Part shown: positions 53,690 through 55,053 of the stretch, piece after piece
Layout: each line of letters opens with the position of its first letter
Numbering within the stretch: position 1 is the stretch's first letter
Assembly (NCBI GenBank): GCA_903846945.1
Contig: CAINCE010000042.1
Span: 1-55,053, forward strand
Source of the DNA: an uncultured bacterium
Lineage (GTDB): Bacteria; Patescibacteriota; Minisyncoccia; Phycocordibacterales; PALSA-1337
DNA length: 55,053 bases
Direction of reading: 5' to 3'
Notes under the pieces: model-generated
What the model was told of the DNA's origin: nothing
The model's database searches: none
The model's input: the letters and a program-made list of their open reading frames with translations, nothing else
Made by a program: the position numbers and the translations under genes

Positions 53690-55053
53690 TAAAATGACAC
53701 CGAAGGCCTACTGGTTCTCTGAAATAAATAGACACCGAAAACCGTGGTACGGTGATGAGATTACTAGCCATAATCTACACCACCAACATGGATACGGAAT
53801 CTACCAAACAATATATGAAAACATTACAGGAGGAATACCTCCAAGCTGACAGAAAGAAGAAAGGCGAGATACTAGATGAATTTTGCAAGAATACCAAACA
53901 AGAACGCAAGTATGCAATCAAGAAGTTTAGAAACATAGTGAAGTTGAAGAAAGAGGGAGAAAAACGCAAACCAAGGAAACAATACTACAATGGATTGGTA
54001 AAAGCAGCTTTAGCTAAGATGTGGAAGATATTTGACTACCCTTGTGGACAGAGATTGGCACCCCTCCTCGAAACAGAGACCGATCGTATGAGGAAACTTG
54101 GTGAACTAGTTTGCTCCGATGAAACAGCAGAGAAATTGAAGACTATCGTCCCATCGACTATTGATGAGAAACTGAAGCATGAAAAGGAAGTCGAGATGCA
54201 GAAGCACAAATACAAGAAGAAGTGTGACTCGCTTCTTTGCTCTAAGGTTCCTACTAAAACCAGTGCTGAATTAGATCGAGAAAACCCAGGAGTCGCACAG
54301 ATCGATTTCGTCGAACATTGCGGAGCATCAGCTGCTGGAGAATATGTGAATTCGCTCTCAACCGTCGACATATTCTCTGGTTGGTGGGAAGGAGATGGAG
54401 TAATGGGAAAAGGTCAGGAAAGAGCACTGAAAGCCATAGATGAGGCTAGAAAGCGGTCACCAATACCTTGGAGGGAGATGCATCCAGACAATGGTGGTAA
54501 CATCATGAATTACCATGTGTATGAGTATGCAATGACAAATGGTATCGACTACTCTCGTTCTAGACCTTACAAGAAGAATGATAACTGCTTTGTGGAGCAG
54601 AAGAACTCGACACACGTGAGACAAATAGTGGGACACCTTAGACACGATACCGAGGAAGAAAGAAGGATCATTTCTGATCTGTATCGAAACGAACTACGAC
54701 TTTACAAGAACTTCTTTCAACCAGTACTGAAGCTCGTAGAGAAAGTTAGAATCAAAGGTAAGATCAAGAAGAAGTATGACAAGGCAAAAACACCATATCT
54801 CCGACTCATGGAGTCAGACAAGATTAGCAAGGAGACAAAGATTGAATTGAAGAAAACCTATGACTCGCTGAACCCAGCGGAACTGAAAAGGAAGATTGAC
54901 ACGAAACTAAAGTTACTCCACAAAGAATATCAGAAAAGCAAAAACTCAAAAAAATCCGAGAAAAGTTACAAGAAACTAACACCAACCATAGTGTCTACTT
55001 TAATCGGTCAACCAGTGTAGCTTCGGTGTCATTATTAAATCGGTTGACACGGA
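53690..55053 (+). mobile_element. IS-like element: DDE transposase gene flanked by inverted AATGACACCGAAG repeats; right boundary may lie beyond the window
   Basis: AATGACACCGAAG (53693-53705) is the exact reverse complement of CTTCGGTGTCATT (55021-55033). A second GACACCGAA lies at 53731-53739. Confidence 0.7.
53752..55020 (+). CDS. DDE (rve/integrase-core type) transposase
   Basis: Candidate catalytic triad contexts: QIDFVEH, MHPDNGGNIMN, CFVEQKNSTHVRQ. Basic HTH-like N-terminus. I cannot assign a family with confidence. Confidence 0.7.
   Translation: MMRLLAIIYTTNMDTESTKQYMKTLQEEYLQADRKKKGEILDEFCKNTKQERKYAIKKFRNIVKLKKEGEKRKPRKQYYNGLVKAALAKMWKIFDYPCGQRLAPLLETETDRMRKLGELVCSDETAEKLKTIVPSTIDEKLKHEKEVEMQKHKYKKKCDSLLCSKVPTKTSAELDRENPGVAQIDFVEHCGASAAGEYVNSLSTVDIFSGWWEGDGVMGKGQERALKAIDEARKRSPIPWREMHPDNGGNIMNYHVYEYAMTNGIDYSRSRPYKKNDNCFVEQKNSTHVRQIVGHLRHDTEEERRIISDLYRNELRLYKNFFQPVLKLVEKVRIKGKIKKKYDKAKTPYLRLMESDKISKETKIELKKTYDSLNPAELKRKIDTKLKLLHKEYQKSKNSKKSEKSYKKLTPTIVSTLIGQPV

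Overview
The window looks like a chromosomal segment from an AT-rich, streamlined bacterium using the standard genetic code. The gene set is consistent with a Candidate Phyla Radiation / Parcubacteria-like organism, but that is inference only. It includes ComEC, a type IV pilin-like protein, a sigma-region-4/HARE-HTH protein, a DUF5671-like membrane protein and ribosomal proteins with C-terminal tails.

Core genes: mnmA, mltG, typA, truB, hisS, a UvrD-type helicase-nuclease, rpoD, dnaG, rpoC, rpoB, trmD, a KH-domain protein, rpsP, radC, pyk, tRNA-Ile(GAU) and tRNA-Leu(CAG). There is also a nine-gene ribosomal block, rpsS-rplV-rpsC-rplP-rpmC-rpsQ-rplN-rplX-rplE, that lacks its usual flanking genes.

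Accessory content:
- an ATP-cone/Mrr-like nuclease
- a RhuM-family gene
- a RelE/YafQ-DinJ toxin-antitoxin pair plus a Cys-rich exported protein, wedged between rpoB and rpoC
- a NYN-peptidase S51 fusion
- a 1387-aa protein with a transglutaminase-like core
- a DDE transposase element at the right edge

The most unusual signal is not a gene. Almost every intergenic spacer holds hairpin-forming elements whose arms are tandem 7-9 nt motif arrays. These arrays and a second class of elements also sit in frame inside essential genes. The array type is in typA, rpoC and the L22 tail. The second class, GC-rich ~117-120 bp elements with terminal inverted repeats, is in mnmA and dnaG. I do not recognise this architecture as a described repeat class. 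All calls come from reading the sequence and ORF track by eye; no searches were run.
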